Assembly (NCBI GenBank): GCA_943355155.1
Contig: CALREJ010000002.1
Coordinates: forward strand, 11,910 to 75,909
Direction of reading: 5' to 3'
Source of the DNA: Candidatus Peribacteria bacterium
GTDB lineage: Bacteria; Patescibacteriota; Gracilibacteria; Peribacterales; Peribacteraceae
Length of the DNA stretch: 64,000 nt
Below are positions 36,455 to 46,249 of this stretch, piece by piece. Position numbers and translations under genes: made by a program. The notes under the pieces are model-generated. The model was not told the DNA's origin. It saw nothing but the letters and a program-made list of their open reading frames with translations, and made no database searches. How positions within the stretch are numbered: position 1 is the first letter of the stretch; each line of letters starts with the position of its first letter.

Positions 36455-36489
36455 GTTGTTGGTAGTGAGTCGTGAGTAGATTTTGATGT
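36455..36489. repeat. Tandem heptamers rich in stop triplets (GTTGTTG GTAGTGA GTCGTGA GTAGATT TTGATGT)
   Basis: Read directly, 13 nt after the rplY stop. Confidence 0.65.
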
Positions 36490-36498
36490 GATCACCAA

Positions 36499-36846
36499 CT
36501 ACACCGCCAAAGATCTCGATCGCTGGGCTTTTCCTTTGGAGCTGTTCATTTCTTTATATTTCATCAGCTGCGGCTCCATTTTTTCTACAGCCCGATCAAA
36601 TGCTTCGATCACCGCTTGTTTCCTTGATTCTGCTCGAAATTGCTTCTTCGGGAGCTCCACTGTGATCATCACCTTCACTTCATCCTGCGCTTTTTTGGTA
36701 TCACGACGCTCGGCCTCGACCCGTATCACGGACGCTTCGTCTTTCAAACGACTGCAGTGCGTAGCCAATTTCCCGATTTTTTTGGCCACAATCATCAGTT
36801 CCTTGTCGCTGTAGCGCAGACCTTTCTCAAAATGTTCGATATGCAT
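36499..36846 (-). CDS. hpf: Ribosome hibernation promoting factor (short HPF/RaiA)
   Basis: MHIEHFEKGLRYSDKELMIVAKKIGKL...VKVMITVELPKKQFRAESRKQAVIEAFDRAVEKMEPQL. Confidence 0.8.
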   Translation of the reverse strand: MHIEHFEKGLRYSDKELMIVAKKIGKLATHCSRLKDEASVIRVEAERRDTKKAQDEVKVMITVELPKKQFRAESRKQAVIEAFDRAVEKMEPQLMKYKEMNSSKGKAQRSRSLAV

Positions 36847-36949
36847 GGTGGTATGTGGGGGAAAACTTGATGAGTGTAGCACACCACAGCAAGGCCAGTG
36901 AAAGATACCCAAAGAACCAATAGCACAACTTTTATGATTTCATCATCTC

Positions 36950-36978
36950 TGGCAAAAAAAGTAGTTTTGTGGTATCAT
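36950..36978 (+). promoter_or_regulatory. Candidate promoter for the 37005-43399 operon (TGGCAA-17 nt-TATCAT with upstream TGG)
   Basis: Hexamers read at 36950-36955 and 36973-36978, 26 nt upstream of the ATG at 37005. Confidence 0.35.
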
Positions 36979-37004
36979 AAAGAGAAACCAATACCAAACT
37001 TCCT

Positions 37005-38186
37005 ATGCCTGAGAATCTCGAACAAGTAACAAAGCAACTTCAGCAAATGCGGGAAGGAACGACTGAATTTACTGAGCGCCAAGTTAATAAAGCACAAGAG
37101 GAATTTACGAAAGGAAAAAGATTGGTCTTAGAATCAACCGATAATGCACTCCAAAGTTTTCGACAGGAAATGGTTTTATGGAAAGAGCTCGCAGAAGAAC
37201 AAATTGCAAAAGGAAAAAGTGAATTAGGAAAATTACTACCTACCATTGAGGACATTCAAACAAGATGGGACAGAATGCTTCAGCCCATTAATAATGCGGC
37301 AGAAAGCGCACAAGTAAAAGCAGGAGAAGCAATCGAAAGCTCAGGGTTTGGAAAATTCATTGATACAGTAAGTACATGGGCAAATAAAATATGGGATGGA
37401 CTCAAGCCGCATCTTGCAAAAATTGCAAAACTGCCCGGCCTCAGTTGGATCATCGGACCTGAATACGCAAAAATGCTCGAAGCGTCGGTTTCAAACGACA
37501 TCGAAACGGAAAAATTATTTGAAGAAATCAACAAGCGCGTTAATGCAACAGAAGTTGCATTCGTCGGCAATGTGAATGATAGCTTGAACCTGACCTCATT
37601 CAACGATTCCTTTGAAAAATTAAAAACGGTGAAAGGCACCACGTACACAAAAACCAATCTATTCATCGAACTGAAAGACAATGAAGGGTTGATGGATACT
37701 CTTCCGGTACAAAATGGAAAGAAAATACTGACGATGAAGGAAATCGCAGAGGCAGCTGCAACCTATGCAAAGAAAGCCGTGGCGACCTTGCCGGTAAAGC
37801 CACCAGAGAAAAAGGAGATCAAGCCTGTAACACTGACTGAGAGTGGTGGAAAAATTACTGCCGTGTGCGAAGGGAAAACATTGATAATTAGTTTACAACC
37901 CAATGGTACTCTCGACGTAACTGGCAAGGGAACGTGGCAGATAATTGGAAACAACATGCCTCTCATTATCCATACACTTGGAAAAGGAGATCCTGATCCG
38001 TTGATTGGCAGCGTAAAAAACCCAAAGAAATTACTCAATCCTTTTGCAAAAGATGAACCAGAACTGATTTCCTTTTCACTAACCAAGGAGCAAGTTTTTG
38101 AAGTATTTGAAAAAATAGATAAAGCGGAAAATTACAGATTCAAAGATAAAGAGGGGCATGAAATGGAATTCAAAAAAATCGGCTAA
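37005..38186 (+). CDS. Unknown protein 1 of 4: coiled-coil-like N-terminal half, beta-rich C-terminal half
   Basis: 393-aa ORF. The N-terminus is K/E/Q-rich and helical. There is no signal peptide and no recognisable motif. Confidence 0.75.
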   Translation: MPENLEQVTKQLQQMREGTTEFTERQVNKAQEEFTKGKRLVLESTDNALQSFRQEMVLWKELAEEQIAKGKSELGKLLPTIEDIQTRWDRMLQPINNAAESAQVKAGEAIESSGFGKFIDTVSTWANKIWDGLKPHLAKIAKLPGLSWIIGPEYAKMLEASVSNDIETEKLFEEINKRVNATEVAFVGNVNDSLNLTSFNDSFEKLKTVKGTTYTKTNLFIELKDNEGLMDTLPVQNGKKILTMKEIAEAAATYAKKAVATLPVKPPEKKEIKPVTLTESGGKITAVCEGKTLIISLQPNGTLDVTGKGTWQIIGNNMPLIIHTLGKGDPDPLIGSVKNPKKLLNPFAKDEPELISFSLTKEQVFEVFEKIDKAENYRFKDKEGHEMEFKKIG

Positions 38187-38213
38187 TTTCTCATCAGACA
38201 CACATCAACCTCC

Positions 38214-38660
38214 ATGACCGATCCAAACACAATCACCGAGCCACACTCCTTAGAATCACCCGAGCGTGCAGCGCTGCAGCCGCATGTACGGGAATTTCTT
38301 GAGCTCTCGGAAGCATTGGACCAAGAAATAAAAAAGGATGACGACATTGCGATCAAACAGATTGAAACCAAATTACGTGTGTTTTATGGAACACTCGAAG
38401 CAGAAAAGCAGCAGGACATCATGCATTTTTTGCAACAACAGAATGCTGCAATCCGCATTGAAAATGAACGCGGAACTATTAGCAAAGCTATTCATCAGAC
38501 AATGGATTGGACAGAAAGAGCAGTGCACGAAACCGGTGCAGTCGTAGCTATCGCATCCGCGGGAATCGTACATCTCGGATTATCCTTTGTCGGTGGAGTC
38601 GCTGGTGGCGTAAGAAGCGGTGCGAAAGCAATAAAACGTTCCTGGCTGAACGCAGCATAA
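38214..38660 (+). CDS. Unknown protein 2 of 4: tail-anchored small protein
   Basis: 148 aa. The N-terminus is acidic and helical. A single C-terminal hydrophobic segment reads AVVAIASAGIVHLGLSFVGGVAGGV. Confidence 0.7.
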   Translation: MTDPNTITEPHSLESPERAALQPHVREFLELSEALDQEIKKDDDIAIKQIETKLRVFYGTLEAEKQQDIMHFLQQQNAAIRIENERGTISKAIHQTMDWTERAVHETGAVVAIASAGIVHLGLSFVGGVAGGVRSGAKAIKRSWLNAA

Positions 38661-38670
38661 CGAAAAAACT

Positions 38671-41600
38671 ATGTTCCTCCCCACACACCATCACCGCTCC
38701 CCCACTCCTTCATTCAAAGAAGGACGATTGATATATGAAAATGAAGGAGCTGATGCAGCTGAGCTTTCAAAAAAGCCGGATACACCACCTAGTTCTCCAT
38801 CATCTGAAGCGGAAGAAGTAGCGAGAATGCTTCAAAATACTGATACAAATTTGGATCAGTTGCAAGATGCGATTCAAAGGGGAAGGGTGCAAACAAAAGC
38901 CGATCAGCAGCCATTTTTGGAATCAGTAGCACAGTCGCTGCGGGGGGAGAAAGATCGAAAAAGTATTTCTCAAAAATTAGAGGCTCTTGAAAAAAAGGCA
39001 CATGAAAGAAAAAATTTGGGTGCACTGAAAAGTACGATTGAAATGGTGCGAGGTAAAGTGGATCAGGATTCCCCTGCCGGTGCCGATACGCAAAATCCGG
39101 ATGCAAAAGAACCATCGGCCCCTGAACAAAAAACGCTCCTCACAAAAATCGGCGATACCGCCGAAGTGATTGGAGGAAAGTTGCCGGGAACAGATAACTT
39201 GAGTAGAAACCAAAAGATCGCACTCGGATCCATCGCCACGCTCGGCGTTGGTGTGCTCGCGTGGTACGGAATCAAAAAGTTATTTGGCTGGGGAAAGAAA
39301 TCCTACGAAGAAGGCAAAGAAGCAGCCACGCACTCAAGCGGCGGATTTTTCAAAAAACTGTTGATTGGACTTGGGATTGGGGGGGCGGCGTTCCTTGGTC
39401 TGCACTTTGCTGTGAAACACTATAAAAAGGAGATTGAAAAATCCATTCAAGGGATGATTCCTAATTTTAGTCTTCCTCCAGGAGGCGGAATTCTTCCAGC
39501 TTCTGTAGCACCAATAGTCGATGGCGCTGCGGCAGGTGCAGAGAGAGGATGGGCAGAAGGAAAAGAGATATTCGGCGATGCGTTCAGTGCCATGGTGAAC
39601 CATGAAAACACAGAAAAAGTCCTGTCTGAGAAAAATTCATACAGTTCAGATACAGAATTTGCCGGTGCTCTTCTTTGGGCAGTGGTAAAAGATGGTGGTG
39701 ATTTTATTTGGGATGAAGGTCGTGTTGCACTCGTCGCAGGCGGAAGACTATTCGCTTTGACCGGCAAATTTGGAGAACAGGCATGGGATTACCTCATCGA
39801 TAGAAATATAACACCGGAAACGACGGGTGACTTAGTTGCAACATATATCGCAGGCACCATGGTGTATGCGTCATCACTCGCAGCGCTCAAACTCGTCACG
39901 ATCAATAAATTTGGCAAGAATGCGAACGTCCTGTGGGAAGCTGGTTTGTGGCCATGGTACACAGTCAAAAGAACTGCAAAGAGTGGCTACGCTTTGGTGC
40001 GTGGAGGTGTTGAAATTTTTGATAGTGAAAGCGCGACTCGTCTCACGATCAGTCGAATGGATGCAACATTTAGTAGAAGAACTCGCCTCATTCCCGGTCG
40101 CAAACTACGAGGTGCTACAGCAGATGGATTATTTGTACGTTATGAATTTGCACAGGAGCAAAATAGATTACTTGATAAAGCAAAACTCAATCCAATGATT
40201 AAAAATAATAAAGATGCATTTACTCTCTTTGAAAAAAATACAGATCTAGCAGTGGATGAATTCCATCGCTATTTAAAAGGAATGAAAGAAGCAGATATGC
40301 CCAAAGAATTTTTACAAGCTTTGAAAGATGTAACGTATGAAAAAGATGTTTCAAAGCTAACAAGAGAAGAGGTAAAGAAAGTGCTTATTAAAATGAGTGG
40401 AAAAACGCCAACGACACCATCTGTCGATCCACCAGAGAGCGGTATCGGCGGAAGTAGATCTGCTCAAAATTCCAAACCTGCTGAATCTGATGCAGATGCT
40501 ACGGAAGGAGGAAAGAAACAAAAAAATGTCTTACCCGACGAAGAGCCAAGATTAAAAATCGATCCTGAGGAAAGTACCAGCGGAAAAACGTCATCGACTC
40601 CAACTGAAGAATCCCCCACTGCAAGCAAAACAAAAACATCGACACCAGAATCCGACTCAGCCGCACCAAAGAACGATACATCGGATGCAGACACTGGAGG
40701 TAGAAAAGTGGATATCGAAACAGGAGAAAAGACAATCGAAGTAAAAAATGCAACAAGAAATTCCGAGTCAGTCGATCGTATTTTGAATGACAAGGAAGTT
40801 GCAAAAGCACTGAAAGGCAGTACAAACAGTGCTGAAGCCAGAGCCGCACTACAAGCCGAACTTGGAACGCTCGACGCCGCAGAATTGCACCTGATCGAAA
40901 ATAGTCCGGCAGCAAAGAAGATTTTTGCGGGAGCCGTGAGCAGTGGTTCCGCAGAAATTGCAGAAGCCGGAGCGGCGGCCAAGAGCGCAGCAAAAAGTGC
41001 ACTAAAAGGCCGCATTATCGGTAATGGATTTGGTATGGCTGTAGACGTCTTTGGACTAATTATGACCAAATCCTACTGGGATGAAGCCACACTCAAATTG
41101 AAAGCAACGGACAACCCCGAACTAAAGAAAATTTACGAATCAGACCGCAACTACATCCTAGTCGATGCGGCTGGAAATGCGGCTGGAATTATGATTGGTG
41201 GGTACGCAATGGTCACAACGTACATGTCGACGGGAAGTATTCTCGTATCACTCGGCGCACCGGCAGGAATGATTATGGCACCGATAGGACTCGGTATTGC
41301 GGCAATGCAATACGCCCGCGGCAAGGCAAGTGAATCAGCAGAATATCATGCGACCAACGAGCGCGATTTGACGAAGAAATACTCACCCGGAAAGGTGCTG
41401 GAACACATCAAAAAAACGAGTGGCGGTGATAGTCTCAACTGGGCACAGGATGCATTTTTGCCTGCAGACACAGCACGTCTCGCGAACAACGCATCACGTG
41501 AAGACGGCTACCGTGCGTACTTTGCACAAGTTGCGACGGCACGTGTATCTCCTCTGCCCATTCCTTTGCTCTACAGTGACAGAAGTGAACAGCAGCTTGA

Positions 41601-42798
41601 GGGACTACAGAAGCAGCGTCTTGGCCAATTCATCCTCTATGCTGAAACATATATTTTGAATGCAACAGAAGGAACATGTGATTTGGTATCGGACAGAATC
41701 CTGAAGAATGCCACAACGTACGCAGAAATGCAGATGGAAAAGTACGATGCGTATCTGCAAGATCCTGATGAGACAAAACGCCCGAAGCTACTCGTGTGGA
41801 ACTATGGAAGAGCACAGACCGCAGAATATGTAAGTGCGTGGCGCACTATCAGAAGAGATGTGGCTGATCGCGAATTGGAATCAGTGAAAGATGTGGCTCT
41901 CGTCATGGAGAGTATGCAGCAAGATCCTGATTCGTTCGCTGAACGTTTCCCCAAGGTGCTCCTTGAAAATATACGCCACGAACTGGCCACATGTGATCAA
42001 AAACTCATCACCGCAGATTACAGCCAGTGGTTAAGTCTAGATGCGTGGAAAGCACCCGGCATGGGCAGTGAACTCGATCTACAAAACATCGCACGTGGAC
42101 AAGCGGCACAGGAACTCTGGAACATCCTCGCAACCGTTGCACAAACAAAAACACCGATGACATCAGAATCTGTCCATCGGCAGATTCAGCAGCTGCGGAC
42201 AGTGCTAATGCAAAGTCCTGAAGTATTGGCACACAAAGGAGTGAATACGAAAAATGCACGCTCCTTGCGTGACATCGGCAGCAATCCGACACGACTGAGC
42301 GTTACAGGAATGCTGGATATGATCGATCAGCACCAGTTCAGCAAGCCAACATCGCTCGGCTCAAGTGAACAGGTGGCACTGAATGCAACGAACGTGATGA
42401 ATCACTACGCAACTAATGTACAAAATCACATGCCTGTCGAGCTACGACTGAGGAAAGGCGCAGAAAAGGGATACATGAAGCTTGATGGAACATGGTGGAT
42501 GCGTACAGCCGGCAAGCGCAGATGCACACGGGTTGGAAAGGATGATGAAACGACCGTCGTTTCACTGGAAAAAGGAAATCTCTACCAATTCTATAAACAC
42601 ACCACCATGACGAGACAGTACACGCGCGGCCCTCGGGGAGGTTCTGATCTCATTGAAACGGTGGATAACATTCCTGAAAAACCAGCGGATCTGGAAATTT
42701 TTGTCGAAGCCGAGGAACAATCAACCGTCTCTCCTCTGCCAAAATCAACAAATCCATCGCCGAGCGCACAGGGAAAACCAACCGAACAAGCTGCATAA
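38671..42798 (+). CDS. Unknown protein 3 of 4: 1375-aa multi-pass membrane protein
   Basis: An uninterrupted 4.1 kb ORF with several hydrophobic hairpins, a long S/T/P/E/K-rich linker and a large C-terminal region. No motif recognised. Confidence 0.85.
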   Translation: MFLPTHHHRSPTPSFKEGRLIYENEGADAAELSKKPDTPPSSPSSEAEEVARMLQNTDTNLDQLQDAIQRGRVQTKADQQPFLESVAQSLRGEKDRKSISQKLEALEKKAHERKNLGALKSTIEMVRGKVDQDSPAGADTQNPDAKEPSAPEQKTLLTKIGDTAEVIGGKLPGTDNLSRNQKIALGSIATLGVGVLAWYGIKKLFGWGKKSYEEGKEAATHSSGGFFKKLLIGLGIGGAAFLGLHFAVKHYKKEIEKSIQGMIPNFSLPPGGGILPASVAPIVDGAAAGAERGWAEGKEIFGDAFSAMVNHENTEKVLSEKNSYSSDTEFAGALLWAVVKDGGDFIWDEGRVALVAGGRLFALTGKFGEQAWDYLIDRNITPETTGDLVATYIAGTMVYASSLAALKLVTINKFGKNANVLWEAGLWPWYTVKRTAKSGYALVRGGVEIFDSESATRLTISRMDATFSRRTRLIPGRKLRGATADGLFVRYEFAQEQNRLLDKAKLNPMIKNNKDAFTLFEKNTDLAVDEFHRYLKGMKEADMPKEFLQALKDVTYEKDVSKLTREEVKKVLIKMSGKTPTTPSVDPPESGIGGSRSAQNSKPAESDADATEGGKKQKNVLPDEEPRLKIDPEESTSGKTSSTPTEESPTASKTKTSTPESDSAAPKNDTSDADTGGRKVDIETGEKTIEVKNATRNSESVDRILNDKEVAKALKGSTNSAEARAALQAELGTLDAAELHLIENSPAAKKIFAGAVSSGSAEIAEAGAAAKSAAKSALKGRIIGNGFGMAVDVFGLIMTKSYWDEATLKLKATDNPELKKIYESDRNYILVDAAGNAAGIMIGGYAMVTTYMSTGSILVSLGAPAGMIMAPIGLGIAAMQYARGKASESAEYHATNERDLTKKYSPGKVLEHIKKTSGGDSLNWAQDAFLPADTARLANNASREDGYRAYFAQVATARVSPLPIPLLYSDRSEQQLEGLQKQRLGQFILYAETYILNATEGTCDLVSDRILKNATTYAEMQMEKYDAYLQDPDETKRPKLLVWNYGRAQTAEYVSAWRTIRRDVADRELESVKDVALVMESMQQDPDSFAERFPKVLLENIRHELATCDQKLITADYSQWLSLDAWKAPGMGSELDLQNIARGQAAQELWNILATVAQTKTPMTSESVHRQIQQLRTVLMQSPEVLAHKGVNTKNARSLRDIGSNPTRLSVTGMLDMIDQHQFSKPTSLGSSEQVALNATNVMNHYATNVQNHMPVELRLRKGAEKGYMKLDGTWWMRTAGKRRCTRVGKDDETTVVSLEKGNLYQFYKHTTMTRQYTRGPRGGSDLIETVDNIPEKPADLEIFVEAEEQSTVSPLPKSTNPSPSAQGKPTEQAA

Positions 42799-42802
42799 TC
42801 GT

Positions 42803-43399
42803 ATGACGCACTCCCCTCACAACTCACCGGCACCAAAGAAAAATCTCCGCTCCGCCATCGCGAAGCTGCAGACATTCTTTGGCGTGAAAAAGAAAACAAA
42901 AACACCTTCGCCTGTCGCGGAAAGACACAAGGAAAGAATCATCGAGACACCAAAAGTCGAAGTCTCCGAGAAAAAAGAAGTACCGGCAGTGGAAGAAGTG
43001 AAAGAGGAAATCGACGTCGCGGACGTGATGGAAGAAATTCCGCACACACATCTCCACCTCCTACAATATTTTCCTGCAAAACAAAACCTCCTCAACGGAG
43101 CGCCGATCACTATTACACTGGATAATGCACCTCACATCATCGCCTTCCGTGCAGAATCCATCATCCTTGACAGCATCAGCTACGCACTTCTGCAGAATGA
43201 CGATCCACTCGACGTGCAGAATGTGATGATCAAAGAATCAACACTCACGATGTCACTGGAATCCACCAATCGCCATCACAAAGTACTCTCACTCGCATTC
43301 AGCGATGATACATTGCAGACCGCCCTCAAAGAATTACTCAAGCGCGGCACGACGATCGTACATACAGAAAACACCAGCATTACGATCAGCCGCTTCTAA
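42803..43399 (+). CDS. Unknown protein 4 of 4 (198 aa)
   Basis: ATG lies 4 nt after the stop of the giant ORF. The N-terminus is K/E-rich and the C-terminus beta-rich. Confidence 0.65.
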   Translation: MTHSPHNSPAPKKNLRSAIAKLQTFFGVKKKTKTPSPVAERHKERIIETPKVEVSEKKEVPAVEEVKEEIDVADVMEEIPHTHLHLLQYFPAKQNLLNGAPITITLDNAPHIIAFRAESIILDSISYALLQNDDPLDVQNVMIKESTLTMSLESTNRHHKVLSLAFSDDTLQTALKELLKRGTTIVHTENTSITISRF

Positions 43400-43451
43400 T
43401 GTAAGCTTGTCGCCGAAGGGCTAACTCCTAGATCTTCGTTCCAAACCCACC

Positions 43452-43862
43452 ATGTACCTCCTCGCACAATACCCGTTCCTCATCCCGCTCATGGTGATGG
43501 TGATGTCGGAAATGATGAAGGCGGTGGTGGAGCATTTCAGAACCGGATCATGGCACGCGACACTCTTCCAGCCTGGTGGTATGCCAAGCAGCCACTCTGC
43601 ATTTGTGACGTCTCTACTCATCATCGTCGCACATGTCGAAGGATTGGAATCCCTCGAATTCGCTATCGCCTTTGTCTTCGCCTGTGTCGTCTGGTACGAC
43701 GCCATGAGCCTGCGTCGCAGTGTCGGCCAGCAAGCAGAGGCACTGAATAAGCTGCAGCACTGGCAACATTTCTCTGAACGCGTCGGACATTCATTGAAAG
43801 AAGTGATCGCGGGGATCTGTTTCGGGGCGGTGGTGACGCAAGTGGGGTTTTGGGTGAGTTGA
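43452..43862 (+). CDS. DUF212 (YuiD-like, acid phosphatase/vanadium haloperoxidase-related) membrane protein
   Basis: GGMPSSHSAFVTSL...WYDAMSLRRSVGQQAEALNKL. Confidence 0.7.
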   Translation: MYLLAQYPFLIPLMVMVMSEMMKAVVEHFRTGSWHATLFQPGGMPSSHSAFVTSLLIIVAHVEGLESLEFAIAFVFACVVWYDAMSLRRSVGQQAEALNKLQHWQHFSERVGHSLKEVIAGICFGAVVTQVGFWVS

Positions 43863-43867
43863 AACGA

Positions 43868-43895
43868 GTGAGTAGTTTGTAGTGAGTAGTAAGTA
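43868..43895. repeat. Four tandem heptamers (GTGAGTA GTTTGTA GTGAGTA GTAAGTA)
   Basis: Read directly, 6 nt after the stop at 43860-43862. Dense in TGA/TAG/TAA. Confidence 0.8.
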
Positions 43896-43916
43896 GGGAT
43901 CTGCTACAGTCCGTAC

Positions 43917-45353
43917 ATGGCTCGTCTTGCTGATCAAAAAAAGGACTTTCCCCAGTGGTACCTCGATGTTATCGCGGCGGCGGATTTGGCGGAAAACGCT
44001 GAAGTGCGTGGCTGCATTATTTTCAAACCCTATGGCTATGCACTCTGGGAAGCGATCCAGCAAGAACTCAATCGCCGGATCAAAGCATTAGGCGTCCAAA
44101 ACGTCTATTTCCCCATGTTCATCCCCGAATCAATGATTGCGAAAGAGAAAGATCACGTCGAAGGATTTGCGCCCGAGTGTGCGGTCGTCACGCACGGAGG
44201 CGGAAAAGAACTCGCGGAAAAGTTATACATTCGTCCCACGAGCGAGACTGTCTTCTATTCCGCATTTGCAAAATGGATTCAGAGTTACAGAGATCTGCCG
44301 ATGAAACTGAATCAATGGGCAAACGTTGTCCGGTGGGAAATGCGCACGCGTCCGTTTTTGCGGACACTGGAATTCCTCTGGCAAGAAGGACACACCGCAC
44401 ATGCAACACGCGAAGATGCGGAGAAAATGGTCAATGATGCGCTCAAAATGTACATCGACTTCGATCATGACTTCCTCGCTCTGCCTGTGATGCAAGGAAA
44501 AAAACCTCGGCACGAAACCTTCGCCGGAGCAGAATATACTCTGTCGACAGAGGCACTCGCCCGCGATGGAAAAGCAATCCAAGCCGGAACTTCGCATTAC
44601 ATCGGCAACACGTTTGCCACTGCCTATGGGGTCAAATTCCTCGATGCTGATGGAACGCAGAAGCCGGCATTCACCACGAGCTGGGGGCTTTCCACGCGCA
44701 TCATCGGTACGATGATCGTCGTGCACGGCGACGAGAAAGGCCTGAGAGTTCCGCCTAACGTCGCACCGATTCAGGTGGTGATTGTTCCGATTTATAAGAC
44801 CGATGAAGAGCGCGACGCTGTGATGAAAGCTGTGCACTCTCTGCACACAATGCTCACAGATGGAAACATCCGCAGTCACCTCGACGACCGCGACGAAAAA
44901 TCCCCCGGATTCAAGTTCAACGAATGGGAAGTGAAAGGTGTTCCTGTTCGTATTGAGATCGGACCCAAAGATCTCGCGAAAGATCAACTGACGATTGCGA
45001 GGCGTGATACCGGCGCGAAAGAAGCGATGACACTGAAAGATTGTACGGCAGCATCTGTTCACACTTTGCTTGCGGAGATCCAACAGAATTTGCTCGATCA
45101 AGCGAAGAAACATTTGGAAGAAAACACGCACTGGGTGGAAACCTTCGACAAGCTCAAAGAAATTATCAACAGTGACAACGGCGGAATGGTGTGGGCACCG
45201 TGGGATGGGACACTGGAAACTGCAAACAAAATCAAAGATGAAGTGAAAGCAACGATCCGTCTGCTCGGTGATACTACAGAAGCGAAGGGGAAAATGGATG
45301 TGTGTTCCGGCAAGCCTGCAACGGAGATGGCTCTCTACGCCAAGGCATATTAA
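43917..45353 (+). CDS. proS: Prolyl-tRNA synthetase, archaeal/eukaryotic-like short type
   Basis: FPQWYLDVI...RGCIIFKPYGYALWE, RPTSET, NVVRWEMRTRPFLRTLEFLWQEGHTAH, and C-terminal ...ALYAKAY. Confidence 0.93.
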   Translation: MARLADQKKDFPQWYLDVIAAADLAENAEVRGCIIFKPYGYALWEAIQQELNRRIKALGVQNVYFPMFIPESMIAKEKDHVEGFAPECAVVTHGGGKELAEKLYIRPTSETVFYSAFAKWIQSYRDLPMKLNQWANVVRWEMRTRPFLRTLEFLWQEGHTAHATREDAEKMVNDALKMYIDFDHDFLALPVMQGKKPRHETFAGAEYTLSTEALARDGKAIQAGTSHYIGNTFATAYGVKFLDADGTQKPAFTTSWGLSTRIIGTMIVVHGDEKGLRVPPNVAPIQVVIVPIYKTDEERDAVMKAVHSLHTMLTDGNIRSHLDDRDEKSPGFKFNEWEVKGVPVRIEIGPKDLAKDQLTIARRDTGAKEAMTLKDCTAASVHTLLAEIQQNLLDQAKKHLEENTHWVETFDKLKEIINSDNGGMVWAPWDGTLETANKIKDEVKATIRLLGDTTEAKGKMDVCSGKPATEMALYAKAY

Positions 45354-45406
45354 AACGACGTAAGAACAGTAGAGATTGCACGTCCGTACTGTTATCCTCA
45401 TTTCCC

Positions 45407-46201
45407 ATGACCCACATAATCGAAGCTCACGGCGTCACCAAGAAATTTAAAGATTTCACAGCGGTGAATAACATTTCCTTTACCGTAAACAAAGGTGAAA
45501 TCTTCGCGTTTCTTGGCCCAAACGGTGCAGGGAAAACGACGACCATCAAAATGCTCACAACGCTCCTGCGGCCGACGGAAGGGAAGATCAAACTCGATGG
45601 ACATGACCCTGTGCATGAGCAGAGCGACGCACGCAGATCGTTCGGCATCGTGTTTCAGGATCCGAGCTTGGATGATGAACTTACGGCTCAGGAAAATATG
45701 GAACTCCACGCTGCGCTCTACAGCGTGCCGAAGGACATCCGCAAAACGCGCTTGGAGGAATTGCTCCACTTCGTTGATTTGTGGGATAGGAAAAACAGCT
45801 TGGTGAAGGAATTCAGCGGCGGCATGAAGCGGCGACTGGAAATTGCGCGGAGTCTGCTTCATCATCCGAAAATTCTCTTCCTCGATGAACCAACCATCGG
45901 ACTCGATCCGCAGACCAGAAATCACTTGTGGGATTACGTTGGAAAGTTGAACAAGGAGGAAGGCATCACCGTATTTCTCACGACACATTACATGGAAGAA
46001 GCAGACAAAGTCGCCCACCGCGTCGCGATCATCGATCACGGAAACATCGTCGCAACCGGAACACCGGAGGAATTAAAAAAACAGACCGAAACGAAAACCC
46101 TCGAAGAAGCATTCCTGAAACTCACAGGCAACGCCATCCGCGACGAAGGCGCAAACGCCATGGAAGGCATGCGCCAAGCCAGAAAAATGTGGCGCCGCTA
46201 A
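45407..46201 (+). CDS. ABC transporter ATP-binding protein (ABC-2/DrrA-like exporter)
   Basis: Walker A GPNGAGKTT, signature FSGGMKRRLEIA, Walker B ILFLDEPT. Confidence 0.9.
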   Translation: MTHIIEAHGVTKKFKDFTAVNNISFTVNKGEIFAFLGPNGAGKTTTIKMLTTLLRPTEGKIKLDGHDPVHEQSDARRSFGIVFQDPSLDDELTAQENMELHAALYSVPKDIRKTRLEELLHFVDLWDRKNSLVKEFSGGMKRRLEIARSLLHHPKILFLDEPTIGLDPQTRNHLWDYVGKLNKEEGITVFLTTHYMEEADKVAHRVAIIDHGNIVATGTPEELKKQTETKTLEEAFLKLTGNAIRDEGANAMEGMRQARKMWRR

Positions 46202-46249
46202 TTTTATTTCACGAATAAACAAGTAAACGAATTAACCAATCAACGATAT

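Noticed and set aside
44223-46039. 392-aa and 213-aa minus-strand ORFs
   Set aside because: They are antisense to proS and to the ABC ATPase, both of which carry unmistakable family motifs. They are shadow ORFs.
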